A DNA stretch of 64,000 nt from a virus, in IMG/VR virus record IMGVR_UViG_3300045988_063800, positions 1 to 64,000 of that record; one strand, given 5' to 3'. Position 1 is the first letter of the stretch. The number at the start of each line of letters is the position of its first letter. Below the pieces are notes generated by a model. The model saw nothing but the letters and a program-made list of their open reading frames with translations, was not told the origin of the DNA and did no database searches. This document shows positions 26,172-34,645 of this stretch, one piece after another. The position numbers and the translations under genes are program-made.

Positions 26172-26687
26172 ATGGAAACAAAATCAACAACAAGAGTATT
26201 GACGCTCATGGATAGCGTTGGTCTCTCGCAGGTGAAGTTTGCCGAGAGATGCGGAATACGTCCGTCAAACTTTAATCGAGCGTTAAAAAGCGAGAAAGGC
26301 ATATCGTCGCAGTATCTATTGCGTATTGCCCACGCCTTCAACGTAAACTTCGAGTGGCTGCGCAACGGCATCGGCGAGATGTTTGCCGAAGAAAAAGCAA
26401 TCGGCAAGGCGCAGTTCGCCGCCTTCAACCAGATGATTGACACAAATTCAAGCCCTGTGTCGCAAAATGTCATCAGCGGCGATAACTATCAAGGCACGCA
26501 GACGATAAACGCAACAGAGGGCAAAATAACGGCATTAGAGCAAAAGATTGACGCACAGGCGCAACTGCTATCGGAAAAAGACCGACTGATTGCAAGTCAG
26601 CAGGCGTGGCTTGCCGATAAGGACAAGCTAATAACCAGGCAGGAGGCGGAAATAGCCGAACTTCGGGAACGTCTCAAGAAGAACTGA
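26172..26687 (+). CDS. XRE/cI-like repressor with C-terminal coiled coil
   Basis: LMDSVGLSQVKFAERCGIRPSNFNRALKSEKGISSQYLLRIAHAFNVNFEWL is an HTH_XRE motif. Confidence 0.8.
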   Translation: METKSTTRVLTLMDSVGLSQVKFAERCGIRPSNFNRALKSEKGISSQYLLRIAHAFNVNFEWLRNGIGEMFAEEKAIGKAQFAAFNQMIDTNSSPVSQNVISGDNYQGTQTINATEGKITALEQKIDAQAQLLSEKDRLIASQQAWLADKDKLITRQEAEIAELRERLKKN

Positions 26688-26848
26688 CTTGTGGGACTCG
26701 CCCCACAAAGAGTCCCACACACCGCCCCACACGACACTTAAAAACACCCCAAACCACCACTTTGGGGTTTGGGGCAACAAAAAAGGAGGCTCAAAAAGAA
26801 CCTCCTTACTATACTAAAACCACTGATTTTCAGCACTTTATAATCAAG

Positions 26849-26890
26849 AGCGGCAAGCGGGGTTCGAACCCGTGACCTCTGGCTTGGGAA
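26849..26890 (-). other. attP-like core: 3' portion of a tRNA-Gly(CCC)-like gene (anticodon loop to discriminator), no 5' half
   Basis: On the minus strand: TTCCCAA-GCCAG-AGGTC-ACGGG-TTCGAAC-CCCGC-TTGCCGC-T. The sequence upstream is not complementary to the acceptor or anticodon strands. The element lies 160 bp from the integrase start. Confidence 0.55.
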
Positions 26891-27048
26891 ACTTTCTTGC
26901 AGCACCGCAAGTTGTTGAAGATTAGCATTTTACAGACTTGGGAATTATAGAGTCCCACAAACATGCCCATTTCGACCGAAAATATTGTTGCTTTTGTCGG
27001 GTTTTATGGGTAAATTTGCAAAACCGAAACAAAAAAAATACCAAAACT

Positions 27049-28242
27049 ATGAAGTATTATATCGCAGCTAAAGAGAGCAAGAGGGGTAAGGACGGACGAA
27101 TAGCGGTGAAGATTTTGTTCCGCAGCGACGGTAAGGAGTTCGTTGTGTCAACAGGTATCTACGTGTTGACTGCGTTCTCGGGTCTTTCGATGTCGCCTAA
27201 AGAAACGAACTACAGGGCGAAGCTCAGAAGATTGACAAGCATCATTGACGATGTGGAGGCATATCTGCTGAACAATGCCGGCGCCGACACCGCAAAGATG
27301 AAGAGAGAGCTGACAACCCTGGTATCGGGCGAGGCGCATGAGGAGAAAGCGACGTGTCTTGCGGACTACATCGAAAGGTTCGCCGACACAAAGAGCCGCA
27401 AAGGCACGGCAGACCTCTACCGAATGTCGGCACGGAAGGTGCGCGAGTATGACGGCAGAGCTGTGTTCGGCAGCGTAGACAAAGCATGGCTTGACGGCTT
27501 CGAGCGATACATGGGCGAAGCGAGCGTGAACTACAAGGCTATCATGCTGCGCAACATACGCACGGTGTTCAACTGGGCGCTCGACAACGAGCTGACCACA
27601 AACTACCCATTCAGGCGGTACAAGATTAAGCAGGAGAAGGTAGCTATCAACAACATCAGCGTTGAGCAGCTGAGGGAGATACGAGATTGCGAAGTCGAGG
27701 AGTGGCAGCGCATATACCGCGACTTGTTCTTGTTGACGTTCTATCTTTGCGGCATCAACCCAATAGACCTGCTTACGCTCAAGCCGTCCAACGTACACAA
27801 CGGACGTATCAGGTACAAGAGGGCGAAGACTGGGCACTTGTACGACATACCCGTACCTCCCGAGGCGATGGAAATAATCAGACGCTACAAGGGCAAGGGA
27901 TGGCTTCTCTGTCCTCTTGACGTTTATACGAACTACCGCGACTTCTGCCATCACTGGAACGACGCACTCAAGAAAATCGGGCGCAAGGAGATTGTGCCGG
28001 ACAAGGTGGGCAGGCTGCGCAAGGTCGTCTGGCATCCGATAGCGGAAGGCATGACGGTGTACACCGCTCGTTACACATTCGCTTCTATTGGTGCAGAACT
28101 TGAGATACCTCGCGAGACTATTGCCCTTTGCCTCGGGCACTCCTGGGCAGACGTGACGGACCACTACATCGCCTACGGAACGAAACGAATTGACGATGCC
28201 GTGCGCAAGATTATTGATTACGTCAACAGCGACAAGGCGTAG
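27049..28242 (+). CDS. int: tyrosine integrase (Bacteroidota phage-integrase type)
   Basis: Start at ATG 27049 (MKYYIAAKE). It has an N-terminal SAM-like domain. The catalytic region contains ARYTFASIGA and LCLGHS, with HY at the end. Confidence 0.9.
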   Translation: MKYYIAAKESKRGKDGRIAVKILFRSDGKEFVVSTGIYVLTAFSGLSMSPKETNYRAKLRRLTSIIDDVEAYLLNNAGADTAKMKRELTTLVSGEAHEEKATCLADYIERFADTKSRKGTADLYRMSARKVREYDGRAVFGSVDKAWLDGFERYMGEASVNYKAIMLRNIRTVFNWALDNELTTNYPFRRYKIKQEKVAINNISVEQLREIRDCEVEEWQRIYRDLFLLTFYLCGINPIDLLTLKPSNVHNGRIRYKRAKTGHLYDIPVPPEAMEIIRRYKGKGWLLCPLDVYTNYRDFCHHWNDALKKIGRKEIVPDKVGRLRKVVWHPIAEGMTVYTARYTFASIGAELEIPRETIALCLGHSWADVTDHYIAYGTKRIDDAVRKIIDYVNSDKA

Positions 28243-28387
28243 CCTCTCAACGACCATCCGACACCCAATTCCAACACGAAAAATCGCTCTCTCTTTCAAA
28301 GAGAAAAATTATATATTATGTGTATAGGATATATGAATACGTTAGTATGAATATATACTATATATATAATATATAATAGATGCGATT

Positions 28388-28609
28388 GCATGCGGTCGCA
28401 TAAAGTTGGTTAAACACATTGATAATCAAGCGTTTACAACGATAAAAATTATATGTAAAATGCCATGTTTTATGCGACTTATGCGATCGCATAATTTGGC
28501 ATATTTTCGGTGGTTTTTGGAGCATAAAAATCCCGCCTGCACATCGCTGTACAAACGGGATTTCATGCTTATTCAGGCAATATAAAATGCGTGTTATGCG
28601 ACCGCATAA
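28388..28609. promoter_or_regulatory. three copies of a 16-bp palindrome TTATGCG-NN-CGCATAA (plus one extra half-site)
   Basis: gcATGCGgtCGCATAA at 28388-28403, TTATGCGatCGCATAA at 28479-28494 (with TTATGCGA directly upstream at 28470-28477), and TTATGCGacCGCATAA at 28594-28609. Confidence 0.5.
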
Positions 28610-28810
28610 ACTACCCATGAGCTAAAGACTCATGAGCTTCGGACTTCGCAGAGGAAAGACACGAAAAATATTCCTATCTGCGTGCTTAAGAAGTAACCTT
28701 TAACCAAACTTTAACATTTGGCAGTTATTAATTATCCGATTAATTTGTTTTTGGATATAATAAATCCCCACCTGTACTTGATAGATGGGGAGAAAGAATT
28801 TATCTATTAA

Positions 28811-29278
28811 TTAAAAAACGCCAGCATCTGCATTTGTCTTTTCCATATCAAGGAAAAAGACACATCTATCTTCATCTGTTACAAGAATAACCTTTGGCAC
28901 ATTTCTAAAAGATGTACTAACTACAATGGTTTGTGCTTTATTACAGAATGATATTTCTCCATATATATCCGTAGATTTATATGGAAGATAAAATCTTTTC
29001 CATAAGCTGCCGTCATTTCTAACAAAATCAATATAGTGATTTTCTCGCAAAAGTATGCGGCTAATAGGACTTGCCTCTCTTCTTGCGTTTTCAACACCAC
29101 GAATAACGTTTTCCCAAGTGTCGCAGTACAAAGTAAGTTCAATTTTGCCAGCAGAAGGTTTTGTTACCTTCTTTTTGTACGTTCTATGCAATGATTTACT
29201 CTTTGTCTGTGATGATACATTAATAGGAATCGTCACCACGGCAATCATAATTGCCAAAATAGATAAAATCTTCTTCAT
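28811..29278 (-). CDS. secreted/lipoprotein-like protein (moron)
   Basis: 155 aa with signal peptide MKKILSILAIMIAVVTIPINVSSQ. A hairpin plus T-run follows it at ~28771-28797. Confidence 0.6.
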   Translation of the reverse strand: MKKILSILAIMIAVVTIPINVSSQTKSKSLHRTYKKKVTKPSAGKIELTLYCDTWENVIRGVENARREASPISRILLRENHYIDFVRNDGSLWKRFYLPYKSTDIYGEISFCNKAQTIVVSTSFRNVPKVILVTDEDRCVFFLDMEKTNADAGVF

Positions 29279-29298
29279 ATCTTTCTTTGTTCATTGTG

Positions 29299-29610
29299 TT
29301 ATAACAACCTAACCTTTAAAACGTAAACGAACTTGAATAAACCGTGTGTGTTGAGCTGTATGAGCCTCACATTAACGGCGGTTTCGTCAGAGAGGAAGGC
29401 CATCGCCTCGCCTGCGACGCTCTTTTGTATTTCAAGTGTGCCGTCCGGGGTCAAAATCTCCTTTGCTTTCTTTTCAGTGCCGGCGACTATCAAGCCAGTT
29501 TCGCCGAGGATAGACTTCTCGACCACTGTTTTCAGTTCTTCCATGTCGGAGAACTTAAAGTTGTTCTTTGCTACAACTCGATTAAACTTTATGTTTGCTG
29601 TGTCCATCAT
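29299..29610 (-). CDS. hypothetical protein
   Basis: Track ORF 29299-29670. The likely start is the ATG at 29610 (MMDTANIKF). Confidence 0.5.
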   Translation of the reverse strand: MMDTANIKFNRVVAKNNFKFSDMEELKTVVEKSILGETGLIVAGTEKKAKEILTPDGTLEIQKSVAGEAMAFLSDETAVNVRLIQLNTHGLFKFVYVLKVRLL

Positions 29611-29641
29611 ATTGATTGTTTTAAATTTGTGACTAATAATT

Positions 29642-29845
29642 TTATTTTTCAGAGTCTGCCCAACCGCCATGTTTGGGCAGGGCGTCTATAACAAGACCTT
29701 TCAAATCCTTCACGCCGTACTCCTCGCACAGCCAGTCTTCGAGGTCGTCCCAGTGCTGCCAATCTCTTGTCGCGCCCGTCCGCACATTGCGCAGACGGAG
29801 CGTAACAAACAGATAGTCGTGTATTACATCTATTATTTCGTACAT
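29642..29845 (-). CDS. hypothetical protein
   Basis: Track ORF 29642-29902. The likely start is the ATG at 29845 (MYEIIDVIHD). Confidence 0.45.
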   Translation of the reverse strand: MYEIIDVIHDYLFVTLRLRNVRTGATRDWQHWDDLEDWLCEEYGVKDLKGLVIDALPKHGGWADSEK

Positions 29846-29870
29846 GATTGATATCCTTCCGAATGATTGT

Positions 29871-30191
29871 TTATAAATCGAATAAGACTCTGGGGAAACC
29901 ATTGAAAATAACGGGTGACTCCTTCCGGTCTATTGTTACCCAATTATTGTAGTCTGCAATTTCTTCTTCGTTGGTTGGGTAGCTGCCCTGCCAATCATCG
30001 AGAAAATAAGCCGTTCCATCTTCTTCGTAACAGACAAAAGATGTCTTGCAGAATTCGGATGATGCAAAGACGAGATAAACACCGTCCTTACTAAGTGCTT
30101 GTATGTCGTCTATATTGTACTCTACTTTTTCTCCAGAGCAATTATATTCTGCTTGCTCTATAAGCTGTTTTGCCAATTCTTTAGTAATCAT
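29871..30191 (-). CDS. hypothetical protein
   Basis: 106-aa track ORF. Confidence 0.55.
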   Translation of the reverse strand: MITKELAKQLIEQAEYNCSGEKVEYNIDDIQALSKDGVYLVFASSEFCKTSFVCYEEDGTAYFLDDWQGSYPTNEEEIADYNNWVTIDRKESPVIFNGFPRVLFDL

Positions 30192-30203
30192 ATTGTTTTT
30201 TTG

Positions 30204-30746
30204 TTATATTCTACGATAGTGTCGGAGGTGTCCGCTTGGTGCTCCGTGCTGGAACTGCGATACCTGCTCGCCACGATATTCTATAGGAGTGTCGAGCGTG
30301 ATGGTCGTTGCGGTCTTGCCGTCGCAGTCGTACTGATTACAAGTGTAGCCGATAGTCATCGACGGAAGCTGCCATACTCCCCAGTTGATGTCGTTGAGGT
30401 AGCATAGAAGTATGCGTATATTCTCCGCTGTTGTCTCAACTGTGCTGTCGTTGAATACAGCCTTGTAGTCCTCTTCGTGACGCTTGCGGTTGGCAAGGGC
30501 GAGTTCCTGGGAGCGCAGTTTTGCCTGTTCGTTGCGCATAAGGAGCTGCTTGCGGTCTTCAAGAAACTCCTCGTCGGTGACTTCCTTGCACTTCGAGAGG
30601 ATGGTTTCGATGCCTCCTTGCGAGACGATGAACGAGCCTGCGTTTTCCAAAGGCTTCATTGTTGAGGTCTTGGTAATGAGCAACGTTCCGTCAGGGTTCT
30701 GTTCAACAAGAAAACTCTTCTTGCTCGTAAAATACATTTTTTTCAT
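30204..30746 (-). CDS. hypothetical protein
   Basis: Track ORF 30204-30806. The ATG at 30746 lies in a CATAAT context (MKKMYFTSKK). Confidence 0.55.
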   Translation of the reverse strand: MKKMYFTSKKSFLVEQNPDGTLLITKTSTMKPLENAGSFIVSQGGIETILSKCKEVTDEEFLEDRKQLLMRNEQAKLRSQELALANRKRHEEDYKAVFNDSTVETTAENIRILLCYLNDINWGVWQLPSMTIGYTCNQYDCDGKTATTITLDTPIEYRGEQVSQFQHGAPSGHLRHYRRI

Positions 30747-30860
30747 AATCATTCCGCTTGTCCGTGTTGCGGTAGGGCTGAGGTTGGTTTTGTTGGGACC
30801 TTGCAAGGTATGTCAGTTAATCCTCGCAGTGTCTACCAGAGTCTTTTAGATGATGCGAGA

Positions 30861-31451
30861 TTAAGGCTCGCGATTAAAGAGATGAGAGAAACCATATTTC
30901 TTGACAATACTGTCTTGTATGGTTATATACAGCTGAATGTCGTATGCACTCGCCGACAACCCCATTTCTTTTTTGTTTAGGAAAAGAGAGATTTTTTTTG
31001 TTGGAGACTCCCATTCGTATTCGTGAACATAAGCATCAAGCATACTACCACTTACCATGTAAGTAGTATCTTTTGTCTGCTTGTTGTATGTCTTACCAAT
31101 ATTTTCGAACAAGGTTTTCAGTTCGTTTTGATATTTAGATTCGTCATTATAATTGTCGCTGAAATAAAACAGCCCATTTACAATACCGTTCCTTGTGGCA
31201 ACGATATTTTGACGAAAGTTTACACCTGCGAAAGAATTGCTTGTAAGGTGAAACAGGTTTGAAGATTCAATGTCAGGTGTTAAAACGCCCGACTTGACAA
31301 GGTTTACCGCGGTATCGCCTAATTTTACTTGGTCGTTAAAATAAAGGCTGCTGTCGGCGTGGCTTTTGGAAGGCCCTATAGAGCACACGGAGCATGATAG
31401 CGGCAATGTAAGCCCCAATGTAATAAGGCTGCCATGTAATAGCTTTTTCAT
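30861..31451 (-). CDS. lipoprotein (moron)
   Basis: Start at ATG 31451. MKKLLHGSLITLGLTLPLSC has a lipobox-like LSC. A junction cassette precedes it. Confidence 0.6.
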   Translation of the reverse strand: MKKLLHGSLITLGLTLPLSCSVCSIGPSKSHADSSLYFNDQVKLGDTAVNLVKSGVLTPDIESSNLFHLTSNSFAGVNFRQNIVATRNGIVNGLFYFSDNYNDESKYQNELKTLFENIGKTYNKQTKDTTYMVSGSMLDAYVHEYEWESPTKKISLFLNKKEMGLSASAYDIQLYITIQDSIVKKYGFSHLFNREP

Positions 31452-31549
31452 AATTAGTGAACTTTTATGAATGTTAATAATGTTAGTAAAATCGGTTGGT
31501 GGGAAAAGCAAATCCCCACCATGTTTAGGCGTTGTGGTGCGTCATGTGT

Positions 31550-32653
31550 TTACGAAGCTTCGGTCTGCGGTCTCTCGGGGATAACGAGCTGTTCGTCCTC
31601 GGGAATATCGAAGTCGTCGAAGTCATCGAAGTTGTTTGTCGGGTTGTTGTAAGCCTCGTTCTCTGCCGCCGCTCTTTCGGCACCAGGAATCATAAACGCT
31701 TGGAACGCTGCGGGCGACAGCTGGAGTCGCGTCACGATGTATCGCTGCGTCATGGAAACATCCGGGGCGTTGCCCGTGAAGTGACCCATCATCAACGCTA
31801 TCTGCTCCAACGGCACGTTCTTCAACGACAGGTTGGTTGCGAACGAGCGTCTACCCGTATGTGTTGATACAAACTTCCACTTCGGGCCTGTCTGCTCGCG
31901 ACCTGCCTGGTACACCTTAACCTGCTGGTCGATACCGCATGATTGGCAGAAGAAACGTATCGCGTCGTTGTAGGAAGGAACTGCAAGTGACTGCGGTTCG
32001 ATAGGTGAAGACGGAACGAGATACTCTCTTAGCCACGGGTGCACGGGAACCGTCACCTCATGGTTGGTCTTCTTTGATACATAAGTCAGGGTACGACCAT
32101 CAGAAGAGAGGTTTACGGGCGAGAGGCGCAGGCAGTCGGAGAAACGTGCTCCGCAAAGGCATTCAAGCATGAAGATGCGCTTTGCATGCCGTCTGCGTAC
32201 TGTCTTAGGGCGATACTCGTGTATCTTGCGTATCTCCTCGTCGGTGAGAAACACGGACTGTACCACCACCTTCTTTGCACGCAGCACGCGCGCGTAGGAC
32301 ATGGAAGGAATGTCTTTCGACTCTGCGTTCTCACGGATGATTGCGTTAATCTCTGCGCATATTGTGCGCACGGAGTTCGGCGCATAGGAAGCGTCCAGCT
32401 CTTCCTTCACGTCTCGCAGATTGTCGTCCGTGATGTCCTCCCACAATGGTGCGCGACCGATAACCTGCTTGAATTTATCAATGATCTTCACGCGTCCAGG
32501 GTGTTTCCAGATGAAAGCACCATAGAACTCGTGACGCCAACGATAGCCGTCATAAGTCGCAAAGTAACCTTTTCGGATTGCGCTGGAGTAGGTTTTCTGC
32601 TGCTCGGGAGTGAGCAGGTCCATCCAGCGTCTTGTGCTAAGTAGCTGTGTCAT
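31550..32653 (-). CDS. second tyrosine recombinase/integrase
   Basis: 367 aa. It carries CGARFSD (Arg), STHTGRRSFAT (HxxR), MMGH and QRY (Tyr), plus an acidic C-tail DDFDDFDIPEDE. Its start lies in a junction cassette. Confidence 0.88.
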   Translation of the reverse strand: MTQLLSTRRWMDLLTPEQQKTYSSAIRKGYFATYDGYRWRHEFYGAFIWKHPGRVKIIDKFKQVIGRAPLWEDITDDNLRDVKEELDASYAPNSVRTICAEINAIIRENAESKDIPSMSYARVLRAKKVVVQSVFLTDEEIRKIHEYRPKTVRRRHAKRIFMLECLCGARFSDCLRLSPVNLSSDGRTLTYVSKKTNHEVTVPVHPWLREYLVPSSPIEPQSLAVPSYNDAIRFFCQSCGIDQQVKVYQAGREQTGPKWKFVSTHTGRRSFATNLSLKNVPLEQIALMMGHFTGNAPDVSMTQRYIVTRLQLSPAAFQAFMIPGAERAAAENEAYNNPTNNFDDFDDFDIPEDEQLVIPERPQTEAS

Positions 32654-32785
32654 AATTCTTGAAATTTAGTGCGCCTGCAACGCAAAGTTAATGTTATTTA
32701 TAATATTACTTCGGTATGGGCGCAGTGGTTTTACAATAATTAATGAATTAAATGGTTAAATTGCGACCCTCGGCGAGGGTCTGTT

Positions 32786-33142
32786 TTAGGCGTTGTCACT
32801 TGGCTGATTATCGGATACGGGAGGTATGAGCGAACTTGTATCCACTTTGGCGAACTCAATGATATTGTATATGTTCAACCATTGATAGGCGAAGTCCTTG
32901 AGGGGTGTGCCCTCCTCTATCGCCATCTTCACCAAATCGAAGTCGTCAGGACACAGGTCTTCGTATATTCCGTATGGGGACAATGCGTCGGAGTAGTCTA
33001 TTTCAAGCCACTCCAAACGAGTCAGAAACTTGTCGTAGGTATCAATCTTTCCGTTGGCGGCATTGATATATAGGTCGTAGACCCGCTTTGCAAAGTCCTT
33101 GCGGATGCCGTCTATCTGCTCTTGTTCCTTGTTGTTGGGCAT
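32786..33142 (-). CDS. hypothetical protein
   Basis: 118-aa track ORF. The stop lies in a GCC TAA box. Confidence 0.55.
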   Translation of the reverse strand: MPNNKEQEQIDGIRKDFAKRVYDLYINAANGKIDTYDKFLTRLEWLEIDYSDALSPYGIYEDLCPDDFDLVKMAIEEGTPLKDFAYQWLNIYNIIEFAKVDTSSLIPPVSDNQPSDNA

Positions 33143-33183
33143 TTTGTATCGCTTGACCGTGTTGCGTAGGGCTTGGTTAATGT

Positions 33184-33621
33184 TTAGACGAGGGTGATGT
33201 CGTAAGTTGGCACTCCTAAAACTCTGCGTTTTCTTCCAGCAATGAACCCTGCCATTTTAAGAAGTGCTACGGCATTGGTCAGATACGGCTCGTCCACGAT
33301 AAAAAACGGGGAGCTGAAGCCTATAGCGGTACTATAACCAAAGCGACAATCCAAATAGTCAGGAAGGTCGTAATAGAAGGTTTTCCTTCCGTCGCTCCAT
33401 GTCTCGCTGGAGCTGTATTGCGTACAATCTGAAAAACCACATTTGGGCGTGCCTTCATAATCCACGAAACGAACTCCGAATATGACTAATTTCGCAGACA
33501 CATCGTTCTTCCGAAAGAACTCCACGACTGCGTTCTGAAATCCCGCCGTATCGAACGGTGGCGCTTTGAACCCTTTCTCCTTGAGAATGTCCTGCGCTCT
33601 TACAAATTTTGTTACTGCCAT
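33184..33621 (-). CDS. hypothetical protein
   Basis: 145-aa track ORF. A junction cassette lies upstream (33610-33675). Confidence 0.55.
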   Translation of the reverse strand: MAVTKFVRAQDILKEKGFKAPPFDTAGFQNAVVEFFRKNDVSAKLVIFGVRFVDYEGTPKCGFSDCTQYSSSETWSDGRKTFYYDLPDYLDCRFGYSTAIGFSSPFFIVDEPYLTNAVALLKMAGFIAGRKRRVLGVPTYDITLV

Positions 33622-33671
33622 AATTTAATCTATTTTATTGGTTAATAGCGACCTCTACAATACGAGGTCGT

Positions 33672-34645
33672 TAAGGCAAACATTGCTGATTGGTTCGTGA
33701 TTGGTTTGCGATTGGTTTATAATGCAAAGGTAGTGATTTTATCGCTATTTCACGAATAAATGCAGCACTTTTTAAAGTAATGACGTGCCTGTAGCCGTGT
33801 TGCGTGACTGTAAGGATTTGATATGTACCGGCTGAGAAATCGGCAGGGAGCCAGGTGTCAACCTGGTGGACGGCGGATGATACGAAGCCGGTATCATTAA
33901 AGTCGGCTGCACGGCACGTCATAAGGAACCGCAAAATTCCGTTGGTTGTATTGGGGGCACGATTGGAGACGGGTGCATTGCTGTAGGTGTTTGATTTAGC
34001 CCAGTAGTGGGGCTGGGTGCGCCGGTTGTTGCAACCGGCACCAACCCAGCCCTTATATACTGGGATATAAACGTTGTCTCCCCATCGCGCCCGATTTAGG
34101 CTTGCAATGGCTTGTCTTCCACAAGGAGTGTGGCGCATGGCTGTAAGGGATTGGTCTAAACACAAGCCGGGACGCGGCGGGCGGGATGAGAATCCAAGTT
34201 CCGCCGCGTGTGAGGCTTGGTGCAGCAAATGTACTCCTCCGGGGAAGACGAACGTCTGCGCTGACGTGAGTGGGCTTGAACGATGGCTGTGGCACATGGA
34301 TATAAACGAGCGATGTAGGTCAGGTTTCTCGATGACGACGTCGATAGGTTCGTATCGACGTCGTCATCGTTAGCAACCTGAGCGCTAAACGGATGCCATT
34401 CTTCAAGCCGAGGGCGGTGTGCGCCGCCTTGCACAGGCATTACGCCGTGGAACATTTCTGTAAGGTTTTGATTGTACCAGCCTTAGGATACGGGATACAC
34501 TCTGGATTGTCCAGAGGAAATCCCGTATCTTTGAGGCGGGTATATAAATGTGGCGTCCTGCTCTGCGCAGTTCCGTGTTCTCGGAAATTCATATAGGTTT
34601 GGTTGTGGATGCAGCGTTTGGACTGCATCCGTTTTTAGGCGTTTG
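33672..34645 (-). ncRNA. candidate large structured non-coding RNA immediately 3' of the reverse transcriptase
   Basis: 974 nt, visibly GC-richer than its flanks, with only mutually overlapping junk ORFs in 3 frames. Perfect hairpins lie at 34331-34368 (16 bp), 34487-34529 (10+7 bp), 34010-34052 (nested 8+8 bp) and 33851-33866. Confidence 0.35.

Noticed and set aside
27148-28299. A 383-aa ORF antisense to the integrase
   Set aside because: It lies entirely opposite a gene with clear tyrosine-recombinase motifs, and its composition is Val/Arg/His-rich shadow-frame type. The same reasoning applies to these antisense ORFs: 36681-37376, 21350-21970, 59529-60302, 50372-50821, 56679-57233, 32186-32644, 12823-13212 and 1943-2326.
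28358-28618. An 86-aa ORF in the AT-rich gap after the integrase
   Set aside because: It spans the three palindromes and a (TA)n run, has low-complexity composition, and has no neighbouring gene in an operon-like arrangement.
33671-34297. A 208-aa ORF downstream of the RT. One stretch (VGAGCNNRRTQPHYWAKSNTYSNAPVSNRAPNTTNGILRF) superficially resembles an AAC/Asn-rich DGR variable region of a C-type-lectin-fold target.
   Set aside because: - I could find no second (TR/VR) copy of this ~130-nt stretch anywhere in the window.
- The rest of the ORF is Ser/Pro/Arg/His-rich junk that overlaps two other ORFs in other frames.
- The RT lacks the DGR-type GxxxSQ motif, and no Avd-like gene is present.
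- The same DNA forms nested perfect helices (34010-34052), which fits RNA or DNA structure better than coding.
34440-34628. A 50-62-aa ORF starting at the cassette ATG 34592 (MNFREHGTAQ...)
   Set aside because: Although it has a proper cassette start, a third of it is encoded by the 43-nt extended perfect hairpin at 34487-34529, and it is followed by 900 nt without genes. It was judged more likely part of a structured RNA, but this is not excluded.
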